From positions 2,338-66,337 of the IMG/VR virus record IMGVR_UViG_3300031111_000012: 64,000 bases of DNA. One strand, written 5' to 3'. The notes beneath the pieces were generated by a model, which saw only the letters and a program-made list of their open reading frames with translations, did no database searches and had not been told where the DNA came from. Numbering within the stretch: position 1 is the stretch's first letter; the number at the start of each line of letters is the position of its first letter. Source of the DNA: a virus. A program made the translations under genes and the position numbers. Below are positions 36,494-45,635 of the stretch, piece after piece.

Positions 36494-37597
36494 TCAGGCG
36501 TACTTAGCCTGCAACTCAGCTACGGTAAGAGGCCTTCCTGACTGATCAAGCAGGTCTCTAAAGCTTTCCAGCTTTCCTTCCTTCCATAGTGAGTATTTGG
36601 TGGGACCTAAGGCTTCGAGTTGATCGGCTTTAGGTTGTTTGCGCAGCCACCCTTCGTAATCAAGCTTTGCACTAACTTGACCATTCATGGAGGCCTGGGT
36701 GGTTTCCCTATCCTTTACGGTGGACTTTACCTTAGGGCTAAGCTCACTCCATTCCTTGAGGATAGGGATAATCGTGGTGCGGCATTGGAAGTGCCACGGA
36801 GGGGGTCCTGGATAAGATTCCGAGGTGTTGGTTTCAGGCATCGGCTTACCATCCATGGTCCACTGGTTACCACTTCTACCCTTGCAGGTATCTGAGGTCC
36901 TTAGATCAAGGGTTACCAACGCTCCTCTGCCTTTTACTACTTGTGAGTTTTCAGCTAACAGCCTATCCCTGGCGTTGTTCGAGATTGTTTGCGCAGCAGT
37001 GCGCACCAAGGCAGTTGCCTCTCTGGTGGTTGTTTGCATTACACCGCCATAGTAACCACCGGGCCCAGCTCTACCTCGAATACGCCTAACCATGTCGCCA
37101 ACAGTTTCACCCGCAAACATGCCTTTCCGAATTTCATCGGATACACGCAGGACAGTGTTTGAGGATAAGCGGCTGAACCATTCGGACAGCTGACTACCTT
37201 GGATGAAGGAGGTCCTTGCAATCTCAGAAGCAAGGGTACGAGTTATACCAGCGGTTGCTAGCTCCGCGTGCACAGAGCTGTTAATAGCGCCCTGCAGGAA
37301 GGAACCTTCAACTTGGGCAAGGTCGATGAGTTCCCCTGTAAGCTTCGTAGCACCCTTCTTGTATGAGCTTGCCACCATCTCACGAGTTTGCTGTAGGAGC
37401 TTCATCAGGCGCTGGGTCCTGTAGGTTTCCTGCAGTGGGCCCGTAGGATCAATGTCCCGCAACGCCTTAATGATGTCTTTCTCAAGGCTTTTGAGGAGTC
37501 TTCGCATATCCCTAACTAAACTTTCCTCAACACGCATAAGGTTGACGCTATGCATGGTGATTGAGTTATAGAGTGCCTCATCTGCTGGTGTTACCAT
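36494..37597 (-). CDS. Minor head morphogenesis protein (SPP1 gp7 / Mu gpF-like)
   Basis: LVRTA, TLDLRTS..C, PPWHFQCRT. Confidence 0.9.
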   Translation of the reverse strand: MVTPADEALYNSITMHSVNLMRVEESLVRDMRRLLKSLEKDIIKALRDIDPTGPLQETYRTQRLMKLLQQTREMVASSYKKGATKLTGELIDLAQVEGSFLQGAINSSVHAELATAGITRTLASEIARTSFIQGSQLSEWFSRLSSNTVLRVSDEIRKGMFAGETVGDMVRRIRGRAGPGGYYGGVMQTTTREATALVRTAAQTISNNARDRLLAENSQVVKGRGALVTLDLRTSDTCKGRSGNQWTMDGKPMPETNTSESYPGPPPWHFQCRTTIIPILKEWSELSPKVKSTVKDRETTQASMNGQVSAKLDYEGWLRKQPKADQLEALGPTKYSLWKEGKLESFRDLLDQSGRPLTVAELQAKYA

Positions 37598-37632
37598 ATT
37601 CGTTCATCCAAGGTAGGTAGAAGCTTGAAGGA

Positions 37633-39207
37633 TTACTGGTTGCCCGACTCATCCTCATCATTGCCCTCATCTTCATCCTCAGAAGCAGGGGCACCAGACA
37701 TAAGCTGTAGCAAGCCCGGAATGTACTGCTTGATAAAGTCAAGCTCCTGCTCTACGGTGAGCCCCTCGGGCAGCAGTTCAGCTTTACGCAGGTTATGGAA
37801 CAAGGTGGGGTAGGACAGCAACCCTTGCTGCACTGAATCCATGAGGATACGCAGAACCTCCGGGGACATATCGTGGGCACCGAAGTCCTTATTGAGGGTA
37901 ACCTTAGGAGCAACGGAGCTATTCGTAGCGAGGGGCTGCATCTGGTGGGTTATATCAAGGAGGGACTGCAACGATTCCTCTAGGGCATCCGCAAGTGCAG
38001 CAGTAACGCTTTGCTCCCCCATTCCGCGCTGCTTATGAGTATCCGCGGACTCTACTGCGCGCTTAGGCTCCTCGAGCATACGCGCACCCAGTACCGCCAT
38101 CTGAGACTCCTTGGATTCCAGTGCCCGCTCCAATGCACCCAAACCCTGCCCCGTATACTCGAGGAACCCGCAGGTTGCATTCGGGCTTTCTGAAACCCAG
38201 GCCTTTTGGCTGCCGATATACAGCCCCTCTCCTGAGTCTACCTTAAACCCAGCAGCCCAAGGAGTGGGCAAAGCGGTGAAGTGCCTGCCATGCTCAAGGT
38301 CGGCAGAGTTCCTGTAGTGGGAAAGGTTGACGTTAGCGATGTCGAGTACCGGGGGCTTACTGATCGTAGACGTGTTGCCCTTAGCACCGAGGAATACGAA
38401 GGGGATACGACTTATGAAACGCCCTATCGCATTCATGTATACCTCATCCTTTACCAAGCGGAACTTAACGTTCTTCTTGGCTGCCCCTGAGGTACCTGAG
38501 GAGCCTGAGGCTACCGGATCCTTTACTTGTTCCCAAAGAGTTTGGCTTACGTAGAACCTATCGGAATCCGACTTTGAACGGAGAAGCTCAAGAACTCGAT
38601 AGTAGGTCTTCTCCTCGTGAGTGAACCCATCGTCCAGCAGTTCATCATGGGTCTCCCGAAGCACCACCAAGGTGGTTACGTTGGGTTCCCCATCTACGGT
38701 TTCCACCCTCCAGTTGCAAACACAGGTTTCTGGGTAATGCGTCCAGTAGGGGAAGGCTGAGGCATCAACCTCATCCGGGAAGTCAACGAGCACGCCGCCC
38801 CTGCTGGTGAGTACGATGTTATGGGCGCACACCTCCGCAAAGTTATTGAAGGACTCCTGAGTACCACCCGCATTGGGCAGGAACTTTTCCTTTGCAGTCT
38901 CGCTGAGGGTGGAGTCAAACTCCGGATCCTTTCGGAACATGATCCCCACAAGGCCGGAAACGGTCCTGCTTGTTGCAGCATAGAAGGACGCGCGCTTCTT
39001 GTATGCCTCGTAGTCCTCCTGGCTCTGTTTGGTAAGCCGTGGCAGGTACTTGTCACCTGCAGCCTTTACCGCGTCCTCTCCTTGATCGCAGGCGCGGCAC
39101 TTGGCCCACTTCTCCGTGTACTTCTTGTACTCAGGATGGGTAGCAGCAATATTTGCAGTAGTGACAGTGCCTTTAACTCTCTTTTGATCAGCAACTCTAA
39201 CAGCCAT
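37633..39207 (-). CDS. Portal protein (DUF4055-like)
   Basis: YLPRL...YEAYKKRA, IPFVF, PP.LDIANVNLSHYRNSADLE; follows TerL. Confidence 0.9.
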   Translation of the reverse strand: MAVRVADQKRVKGTVTTANIAATHPEYKKYTEKWAKCRACDQGEDAVKAAGDKYLPRLTKQSQEDYEAYKKRASFYAATSRTVSGLVGIMFRKDPEFDSTLSETAKEKFLPNAGGTQESFNNFAEVCAHNIVLTSRGGVLVDFPDEVDASAFPYWTHYPETCVCNWRVETVDGEPNVTTLVVLRETHDELLDDGFTHEEKTYYRVLELLRSKSDSDRFYVSQTLWEQVKDPVASGSSGTSGAAKKNVKFRLVKDEVYMNAIGRFISRIPFVFLGAKGNTSTISKPPVLDIANVNLSHYRNSADLEHGRHFTALPTPWAAGFKVDSGEGLYIGSQKAWVSESPNATCGFLEYTGQGLGALERALESKESQMAVLGARMLEEPKRAVESADTHKQRGMGEQSVTAALADALEESLQSLLDITHQMQPLATNSSVAPKVTLNKDFGAHDMSPEVLRILMDSVQQGLLSYPTLFHNLRKAELLPEGLTVEQELDFIKQYIPGLLQLMSGAPASEDEDEGNDEDESGNQ

Positions 39208-39209
39208 GA

Positions 39210-40538
39210 TTAAGCTCCTTCGATTCTTACGAGGTCCATAGTTAAATGTTCGATAGGGTTGAGTCTATGCACCGGATAACCAAAAGCATCCAATAGGTGA
39301 CTCATCTCCTTTTGTTTATTTCGTTCTGCATGCGTGTACTTGTTAAGGTACGAAATCAACCTCTTGCATCCCGGGTCTATGGTAAGGTGTGGTTCACCCT
39401 TCCTTGGTGCTAACATCCCATTTACTGAGTTCTCCCTATCCCTTACAAATGGATTTGCAGGAGGTGCATCTACCACGAATCCATGGTCCTTAATTATCCT
39501 GAAATCTGACTTACCTCCTCGTTGGGAAGTCTTCCTAGCGTCCCCCGTAGCATCAGGATAGATTGTCTGAATTCTACACTTACCATCCTTACCTTGGAAA
39601 TGATCCTTAAGGTATTGGCACATGTAATCAGTATCGGCATTGGGCAGTTCAATTTCTTTGACTACATGCATATGCTTTCCGTTCCTCCAGAAAACAACTG
39701 CGGCCATTGGGTCGACGTTAAAGTCCATCCCTACAATCAGTTCGTGCCCCGGATCAGGCAGACTAAATACATTCGCTTCCTTATTGAAGCCATAGTAAAC
39801 ACGACCACCTGTAAGGTTAATGAACTTGCCATCAACGTAAGCCTGTGCGGCTAGGTCAGTAAAACCTTTCTCTAGTCGTGCTGAATACCCAGGGCCTAGA
39901 GAAAGGTTATCCCGTGTTGAGGCGTGTATGACGAAGGTATCGAAGTCGCTCCTACGCTCCCCTTCGCATACATCGTATCCCCAGTTAAGTTGCTCAGGGG
40001 TTCCTGTAAGGAATAGCTCCTGCCTCCTTGCATCCGGGTGACGAACACGAGCGTAAACCTGATCAAGTACATCCTCTGGTTGGATGAAGGGTTCGTCGAT
40101 CCCCGCACTGCCGATGTTAGGACCTTTTAGGGAATCCGGGTCGTCACCTGAACCTATCCAAATGCGCCCCTCACGTCCTCGGTAGCGGATGATGAATTCC
40201 CACTCCGACTTGTTGAACTTCCACCAGAAGTTAGGAAGCATGGTTTGCTTTCCGGAAAGCAGTGCTTTTAACGTAGGTACCACGGTTCGGCGCGCTATCT
40301 TGTAGGAGGGGCTCACCATTAGGTGGGGCACGATAACTTCTGAGCCTACCTGCGGTCCGTTATGGAGTGCAAGGGAAATGGCCCGCTTACCTCCTATGAA
40401 GGTCTTACCCGAACCGTAACCCGCTACGAGGGCCTTAAGGAAGGCATCACTCTCCCACCAAGCCCTCTGGTAATCAAACATCCCACCTTTCAGCACCTTC
40501 GTACCTTCAAGTACAGGATCTTCTTTTCGCCAAAGCAT
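39210..40538 (-). CDS. terL: Terminase large subunit
   Basis: AGYGSGKT, GIDEP, TGTPE, nuclease GMDFNVDP, YPDATG, HLLDAFGY. Confidence 0.95.
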   Translation of the reverse strand: MLWRKEDPVLEGTKVLKGGMFDYQRAWWESDAFLKALVAGYGSGKTFIGGKRAISLALHNGPQVGSEVIVPHLMVSPSYKIARRTVVPTLKALLSGKQTMLPNFWWKFNKSEWEFIIRYRGREGRIWIGSGDDPDSLKGPNIGSAGIDEPFIQPEDVLDQVYARVRHPDARRQELFLTGTPEQLNWGYDVCEGERRSDFDTFVIHASTRDNLSLGPGYSARLEKGFTDLAAQAYVDGKFINLTGGRVYYGFNKEANVFSLPDPGHELIVGMDFNVDPMAAVVFWRNGKHMHVVKEIELPNADTDYMCQYLKDHFQGKDGKCRIQTIYPDATGDARKTSQRGGKSDFRIIKDHGFVVDAPPANPFVRDRENSVNGMLAPRKGEPHLTIDPGCKRLISYLNKYTHAERNKQKEMSHLLDAFGYPVHRLNPIEHLTMDLVRIEGA

Positions 40539-40545
40539 TACCTGC

Positions 40546-40803
40546 TTACTCCTCTAGTTCTATTGTGCGAAGAATCCTTACCAATTCCCTACGATCCACC
40601 TCAACGGCCCCATTGGTAACCGCGAGGGCGCGCTTTGACTTGCAGATGTCGTAGTGAGGATACTTACCATGGTTTTGAAACCACTTGCGGGCGACGCCGA
40701 TAAGGTCTGCCATCTCGTGCAGCTCAATAAGGGTATCCGCTACCATGTGGCACATAACCATCCTACGATAGCGGTATACAGATTCGTCTACGTATACAGG
40801 CAT
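40546..40803 (-). CDS. DUF4031-family protein
   Basis: MPVYVD...CHMVAD..ELHEMA..IG...WFQ...HYDI. Confidence 0.8.
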   Translation of the reverse strand: MPVYVDESVYRYRRMVMCHMVADTLIELHEMADLIGVARKWFQNHGKYPHYDICKSKRALAVTNGAVEVDRRELVRILRTIELEE

Positions 40804-40807
40804 AGGC

Positions 40808-41020
40808 TTACTGCAGTACCGGGGACAGGCAGTACTTGAGTTCGATCCTTTCACCTGTAGTAGTATCCAACCAAGCAACGTTTACCAACCCATCGAGTGT
40901 GCATTCCTTCCCGTGAATTGACGGGTAGCCTTTCACTGCTTGCATATCGTGGCCCATCTGCATGCGCTCGTTCATCCAGCGGTTAACTTCTGCGTGATTA
41001 ACAAGATTGAGTTCTGACAT
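40808..41020 (-). CDS. Hypothetical protein
   Basis: RBS GGAGG; coupled to neighbours. Confidence 0.6.
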   Translation of the reverse strand: MSELNLVNHAEVNRWMNERMQMGHDMQAVKGYPSIHGKECTLDGLVNVAWLDTTTGERIELKYCLSPVLQ

Positions 41021-41206
41021 TTATCCATCCTCCGTAAGTCGTTCCCATACTTCGTTGAGCTTAGTGTCCTCGCGCTCAGTTAAGGTTAACCTGCCTACCT
41101 TACCAACAAGGTGGGCAATAAAGTCCTTCTCCCAAGCGCTTGCACGATTAATCCGTTTAAGGCAGTCATTGATCAGCTGCCTTTGTTCCTCAGTAACAGT
41201 ATCCAT
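41021..41206 (-). CDS. Hypothetical protein
   Basis: 61 aa, WEKDFI...LT..E..KL..VW pattern. Confidence 0.6.
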   Translation of the reverse strand: MDTVTEEQRQLINDCLKRINRASAWEKDFIAHLVGKVGRLTLTEREDTKLNEVWERLTEDG

Positions 41207-41330
41207 AGTGATTATCCCTTAAGCCTGTGAGCAACTAGGAGCGCTTCATGCTGGCAACGCAGCTGAGTCAATGCCAGCTGTGCAAACCCTGCTCCTGTTT
41301 GTGCTCCTATAGCGAAACCATACAAAGTAC

Positions 41331-41364
41331 AAAAGGGCAGCCACCTAATTGGGTGACTACCCTT
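41331..41364 (-). terminator. Rho-independent terminator
   Basis: Minus strand gggtagtcacc...ggtggctgccc-tttt. Confidence 0.7.
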
Positions 41365-41388
41365 AGAGTAAATCAGCTTTGCAGCTGC

Positions 41389-41958
41389 CTACCCGACGGA
41401 TTCAGCAAAGGCCACTGCAGCAATGCGCGCCTGATCCTTTGAGCGGATAACGAACTCCCCATGTCGTTTATTGGGAACGTGCTCCTTGAGGGTTGAGTAG
41501 AATCGGGGACTTCCCCAGCCTACGAAGAACTCCCTGATGTTGCTACCAATCAGGTCTACCCACAGCCTCAGGTAGGGGAACAAGCCGAAGTTGTCCACTG
41601 TAGGGATGAAGTCCTCCTGGTACACGCGGTCCCCAATGGCAAAGGAACAGGCTGCCCTGTGACTCCAACCGAAGTAGGCTTGGTGCTTCTCTGACCAGCC
41701 AACAGTGCAAACAGTATCCTCACTGGTTGCTACTTCAGGGGCAATGCCATTACCGCGCAACCACTTGATCGTTGAAGCCCAATGGTTTCCTGCGATGTAG
41801 TAACCTTCACGATTGAAGTATCCATCGAGCGAGTAGAAGGAGGCATCCTTGTTATCCAACCCAAGATAGTCATCAGATGGCTGATAGGTATACTTGAAGA
41901 TACCCAGGTGGTTGTCCACAGCCCTGCAGCTTAGGACCCGAACGGAATCGATGTGCAT
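41389..41958 (-). CDS. Hypothetical phage protein
   Basis: VGWSEKHQAYFGWSHRA..F.IGD motif. Confidence 0.7.
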   Translation of the reverse strand: MHIDSVRVLSCRAVDNHLGIFKYTYQPSDDYLGLDNKDASFYSLDGYFNREGYYIAGNHWASTIKWLRGNGIAPEVATSEDTVCTVGWSEKHQAYFGWSHRAACSFAIGDRVYQEDFIPTVDNFGLFPYLRLWVDLIGSNIREFFVGWGSPRFYSTLKEHVPNKRHGEFVIRSKDQARIAAVAFAESVG

Positions 41959-42392
41959 TTTTCCAATCCTCCAAACTTGGTTAAGGTTGTTGTTGGGTTT
42001 GATACATCGATCACTGGTATGCCCATCCTTACGCAGTACTTCTTTGCGTCCGTAGTTCCTTTGCCTCCTTTAAAAGCAATGCACAGATCAGGGCGTGCGT
42101 GTACCATGCGCCTGTTACGCACTGCACCGGAACCCTTGCCCGCAGCGCTGTCCCAGTCAGCGTCGAAGGTAACGAAGGGGATACCATTCCGCTTTGCCCA
42201 CTCCCTTGCAAAGGTATCAACACCTCGGGCTCCTCCCTCGTACAGCACCTTAATTGGGAAAGCGCTTAGTGCATCATCCAAACGATAGGAAACCTCATGG
42301 TAATCCCTGCAGTTCCTACCACCAGTGACCATCACGGAAAAAGCCAGAGGCACCCGCCTCCGGCTTCTATCTTTCAGTTTGACCCTGCGCAT
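41931..42392 (-). CDS. SLOG-superfamily (DUF2493/YspA-like) protein with basic N-terminal tag
   Basis: VTGGR, EGGARGVD..A, ADW...GAVRNRRM, AFKGGKGT; start at MRRVKLK avoids overlap with the upstream gene. Confidence 0.8.
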   Translation of the reverse strand: MRRVKLKDRSRRRVPLAFSVMVTGGRNCRDYHEVSYRLDDALSAFPIKVLYEGGARGVDTFAREWAKRNGIPFVTFDADWDSAAGKGSGAVRNRRMVHARPDLCIAFKGGKGTTDAKKYCVRMGIPVIDVSNPTTTLTKFGGLEKCTSIPFGS

Positions 42393-42396
42393 AGGA

Positions 42397-42717
42397 TCAG
42401 TCGCCGGCGTCCTCGGTGAAGGTAGCCTCCTCCTCGAGGGTACCTTCGTCCTCACTGAACGGCTCCTCAGGGAAGAGCTTCTGTACCTGGCGCACCAGGA
42501 TATGCAGGCTCCCGAGGTAAGGCTGATTGAGGCTTACTTCGTGAACCTCCTGCTCATTGGCCTCCAGCTGTTCATAGGTACCAGGCACCGTGAAGGCCTT
42601 TGGGCTTACCCAGTAGCGCTCCTGGGTACGCTCGAACTGTACCAGTGCTCGATCCGGTTCCTTGATGATCAGGCGGATATCCACCAACACACCCAAGGGA
42701 TAATTCGTTTCACCCAT
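42397..42717 (-). CDS. Hypothetical protein
   Basis: RBS AAGGAG; acidic C-terminus. Confidence 0.65.
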   Translation of the reverse strand: MGETNYPLGVLVDIRLIIKEPDRALVQFERTQERYWVSPKAFTVPGTYEQLEANEQEVHEVSLNQPYLGSLHILVRQVQKLFPEEPFSEDEGTLEEEATFTEDAGD

Positions 42718-42729
42718 CTTTACTCTCCT

Positions 42730-42915
42730 TTACAGTTCAATGCCGAATGATTCGACAAACCAAATAGGCAGGTTTACTGCATGCAGACCTACCTCACGAA
42801 CCTGCTCACCCAATGCATGATGCGTAATGGGCTTCACACCTACGGGGGTTTCAACAAACACCCGATGGGCTTCTACAGCAGTAATCCGAACAACAGCAGG
42901 CAGTGTTATTACCAT
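42730..42915 (-). CDS. Hypothetical protein
   Basis: RBS AAGGAG. Confidence 0.55.
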   Translation of the reverse strand: MVITLPAVVRITAVEAHRVFVETPVGVKPITHHALGEQVREVGLHAVNLPIWFVESFGIEL

Positions 42916-43052
42916 TGCAAAAGCTCCTTAATAAAAAAGCAGCGCTAGTCAGGCCTGACAAAATACCACACTAGCCTGAGGTTCCAAAGGCTAATGGGGT
43001 GGAGGAGGAAAGGAAGGTCAGGTACAGTATTGGACACTAGCCGCTGCGAAAA

Positions 43053-43370
43053 TCATTCACTCCCAAAGTTTATACGCCTACCACAACGAGGACAGAAAAA
43101 CCCATTCCTGGTTACAAAGAAGAGGTCGTTGCCACAGTTGCAATGCCACCAATCCTCTTCGGGAGTAATCAGATGTTTGGGTATCCCGCTGCATCGTTTG
43201 CACTTGGGGCACTCAGCAGCAGAGTACTCATTCTCGAAGGATTGATCCTCCCACTCATGCCCACAGTGCAGGCATGTTGCGGGGCTCACGATAAGGCGGT
43301 CGATGCGGGGCTCAACTTTAAACTGCAACAGCCTAAAGGAGCGCTCGACATTGTTTTCGGAATCGTCCAC
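43053..43370 (-). CDS. Zinc-ribbon protein
   Basis: CLHC, CPKC, CNC, CPRC pairs. Confidence 0.7.
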   Translation of the reverse strand: MDDSENNVERSFRLLQFKVEPRIDRLIVSPATCLHCGHEWEDQSFENEYSAAECPKCKRCSGIPKHLITPEEDWWHCNCGNDLFFVTRNGFFCPRCGRRINFGSE

Positions 43371-43861
43371 TACGACTCCTCACCTCGGCGGCGGCAGTAG
43401 TCTTCGTAATCCTCAAGCGCCTTGTCCCCATCTTCCCACGGGTAGATAAGCCAGTAGTTGTTCGGGACCACCAGCGAGGGCCACCACCCCATAAATGAGG
43501 GCTGGGCTTCCCTCTCACGCAACAGGTTTTTGCTTCTCTCCTTTACATGCAGTGCCAGGTAGTAATGATCACTCCCTAGCCTGCGGTAGGCATTCTTTAA
43601 TGCATGCCCGGTGTCTATTACGTCATCCACCCACAGTACAGGCCCCTTCGTGTCCTTCAGGTGTTGGTCAAGGTCCAGGATAAGGGGAAGATTGGTAAAA
43701 TGGGACAGGGTTACAGCTATAGGCAACCCACCTCGAGGCTCCCCATAGATGCCTGTAGGCCTTCCGTAAAAGTTGTTGTACATACCATTAAGCAATGGTG
43801 AAACATCTCGGCACCATGCGTAAACCGTATCCCATGGGATATTCACAGGAATCATACTCAT
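43370..43861 (-). CDS. Type I phosphoribosyltransferase (purine PRTase-like)
   Basis: GEPRGGLPIA, PRPP-binding VLWVDDVIDTG, WLIYPWE. Confidence 0.85.
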   Translation of the reverse strand: MSMIPVNIPWDTVYAWCRDVSPLLNGMYNNFYGRPTGIYGEPRGGLPIAVTLSHFTNLPLILDLDQHLKDTKGPVLWVDDVIDTGHALKNAYRRLGSDHYYLALHVKERSKNLLREREAQPSFMGWWPSLVVPNNYWLIYPWEDGDKALEDYEDYCRRRGEES

Positions 43862-43888
43862 TATTAGCAGGTCCTTTTTAGGTTGGTT

Positions 43889-43940
43889 AAAAAGGGAGGC
43901 TGCAGGTAGTCATATCCGAATCGGAACCTACAGCCTCCCT
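43889..43940 (-). terminator. Terminator with a large structured loop
   Basis: agggaggctgcaggt/acctacagcctccct stem plus T-run on the minus strand. Confidence 0.65.
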
Positions 43941-44023
43941 CACTTCACCGAGTTATACTACACTAAGCAGACACCTCCCTGTAAGGTGCGCCTAGCCTTT
44001 CTCGGCGTTGTGGGCCTACCTCA

Positions 44024-44398
44024 TCAAGCCCAGGCCTCCTCGGTAAAAGGACTGGGTTGCGGATGGATGGGGGCGAAGCGCGAACCAAAAAGCAACCAGG
44101 CTGGGTTGACGTCGAGGACGGCAGCGTACTCTTTGATACATCGAGGCATATGGCTATGCCCATTTTCGATCTTCTGCACAGTAGCCTGATTGCTGTTTGA
44201 TAGTACTCCGAGCTTGTCCTGGGTGAGGCTCTCATAGGCTTGCCTTGCTGATCGCAGCCTCCCACCGAGCGTGCGGAGGATACCCAACCGTTCGAGCCTA
44301 AGTAACTCCTTGCGGACACGAACAGCAGCAAAGCTATCGAAAGCAACGACAACAGTTGCTGTAGCTTCTGCATCCGTTTCCTTTGTGGGTGCTTCCAC
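44024..44398 (-). CDS. Cro/CI-type HTH transcriptional regulator
   Basis: LGGRLRSAR..LTQDKLG...QATVQKIENG...PRCI.EYA.VLDVNPAWLLFG resembles the 434 repressor/Cro DNA-binding domain; no peptidase domain. Confidence 0.85.
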   Translation of the reverse strand: MEAPTKETDAEATATVVVAFDSFAAVRVRKELLRLERLGILRTLGGRLRSARQAYESLTQDKLGVLSNSNQATVQKIENGHSHMPRCIKEYAAVLDVNPAWLLFGSRFAPIHPQPSPFTEEAWA

Positions 44399-44399
44399 A

Positions 44400-44801
44400 T
44401 CACTCCCTCCCTATTGATTGTTTCCCTTGTTGCATGCGCTCCAACTCGCAGATGATTACAGCGGCTGCCGCAATCAGGTTTTGCTCCACTGAGTCCGGAG
44501 GCGAAAAGTTGCCGTGTGGGTTTCTGTCGTTGTCCTGGTTGAAGGGGTACACGGCTTGCGGGTGTCCCAGCTTGTGGGGATTCCGGTTACCCATGATGTG
44601 CTGAGCCTGAGCCAGGTGGGCGGCGGCAAGGGTTACCAGCTCCTGATTCACATGGTCAAGGTCACGCTCGGGTGTGTGTCCTCGGCTTATGAGTTCGTGG
44701 CGCTTCTCGAAGATAGCACCATACGGGTAGAACGGATAAGGTCCCGGAATATGCCTCGGCCTGCTAGGGGAGTTGTGGGAATCCCCAGTATCGTTACTCA
44801 T
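44400..44801 (-). CDS. Hypothetical phage protein
   Basis: GHTPERD...EL..AA...YPF...NLIAAAAVIICELER pattern. Confidence 0.7.
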   Translation of the reverse strand: MSNDTGDSHNSPSRPRHIPGPYPFYPYGAIFEKRHELISRGHTPERDLDHVNQELVTLAAAHLAQAQHIMGNRNPHKLGHPQAVYPFNQDNDRNPHGNFSPPDSVEQNLIAAAAVIICELERMQQGKQSIGRE

Positions 44802-44863
44802 GTTGCTTTCCTCTTGGTTTGTTTGTTAATGCACTCAAGCTATACAGCTGAGCCTGTTCCTGC

Positions 44864-45220
44864 TTAATGCAACTTGCTAAGGGTTGGGTACTGTGGGAAC
44901 TGAGGTTCCTTTCCCATATCCCCTTGCACAAAGTGATTACACGCCCATCGTACGTTATCGAACCACTCACTCAACAGGCCATCGGCAACGCTTGCAACAG
45001 CCTCCGCAGGATAGCAGTCAGCGCTTTTCCGTAGGGCTGCCTTAAGGTGGTCGCTATTAACACTATGCCCTAGGTACTTTGGGGCACCTGCGTAGCCCTT
45101 ATCTACTTCTTCCTGAGGAAGCCACCATACTGAATAAAATCCTGCATTGGCGGCGTAGAACATCTTGGCCCGCCACTCCAACCTGTGAGCTTCCTCAAGG
45201 ATTTGTTTGTCAGGTTTCAT
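44864..45220 (-). CDS. Hypothetical protein
   Basis: Start at MKPDKQ overlaps the previous stop (ATGA). Confidence 0.6.
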   Translation of the reverse strand: MKPDKQILEEAHRLEWRAKMFYAANAGFYSVWWLPQEEVDKGYAGAPKYLGHSVNSDHLKAALRKSADCYPAEAVASVADGLLSEWFDNVRWACNHFVQGDMGKEPQFPQYPTLSKLH

Positions 45221-45522
45221 AGCGGCCAGGCAAGATGGGAAACCTTGTACTTCTTGCACAGGTGTTCGTGATACAGTCGATAGCCGATTGATCCAACAAT
45301 CAGGCCCATACCTGCACCAACAAATGCACCAAACAGAAAAGCGCCTTTCTCGCTCGGGACCAGCAGTACCCCTACCCAACCACCCAGGATTGCAAACAGT
45401 ACAACGGGTCCGAGGGAGAGCAGGTTCTGCGCTGCATTTTCCCACTGAGTCATATTGTGGTATTCAGTGGGATCAAGGATACGGGTTTGCCGCTTACGTG
45501 CAACGATAGGATCAGGGTGCAT
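45217..45522 (-). CDS. Two-TM membrane protein
   Basis: Two Gly-rich hydrophobic helices; RBS GAGGAGG. Confidence 0.7.
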   Translation of the reverse strand: MHPDPIVARKRQTRILDPTEYHNMTQWENAAQNLLSLGPVVLFAILGGWVGVLLVPSEKGAFLFGAFVGAGMGLIVGSIGYRLYHEHLCKKYKVSHLAWPL

Positions 45523-45635
45523 AGTTGTTCCTCCTCATTGAATTAAAAGGCAGCAGGCAGTTGGTGTTGTTTCAGCTCTATGGGAAGAAAGCGCTGCCTA
45601 CTGCAAAACCTGTTACCAAGCCTATACGCATGACC

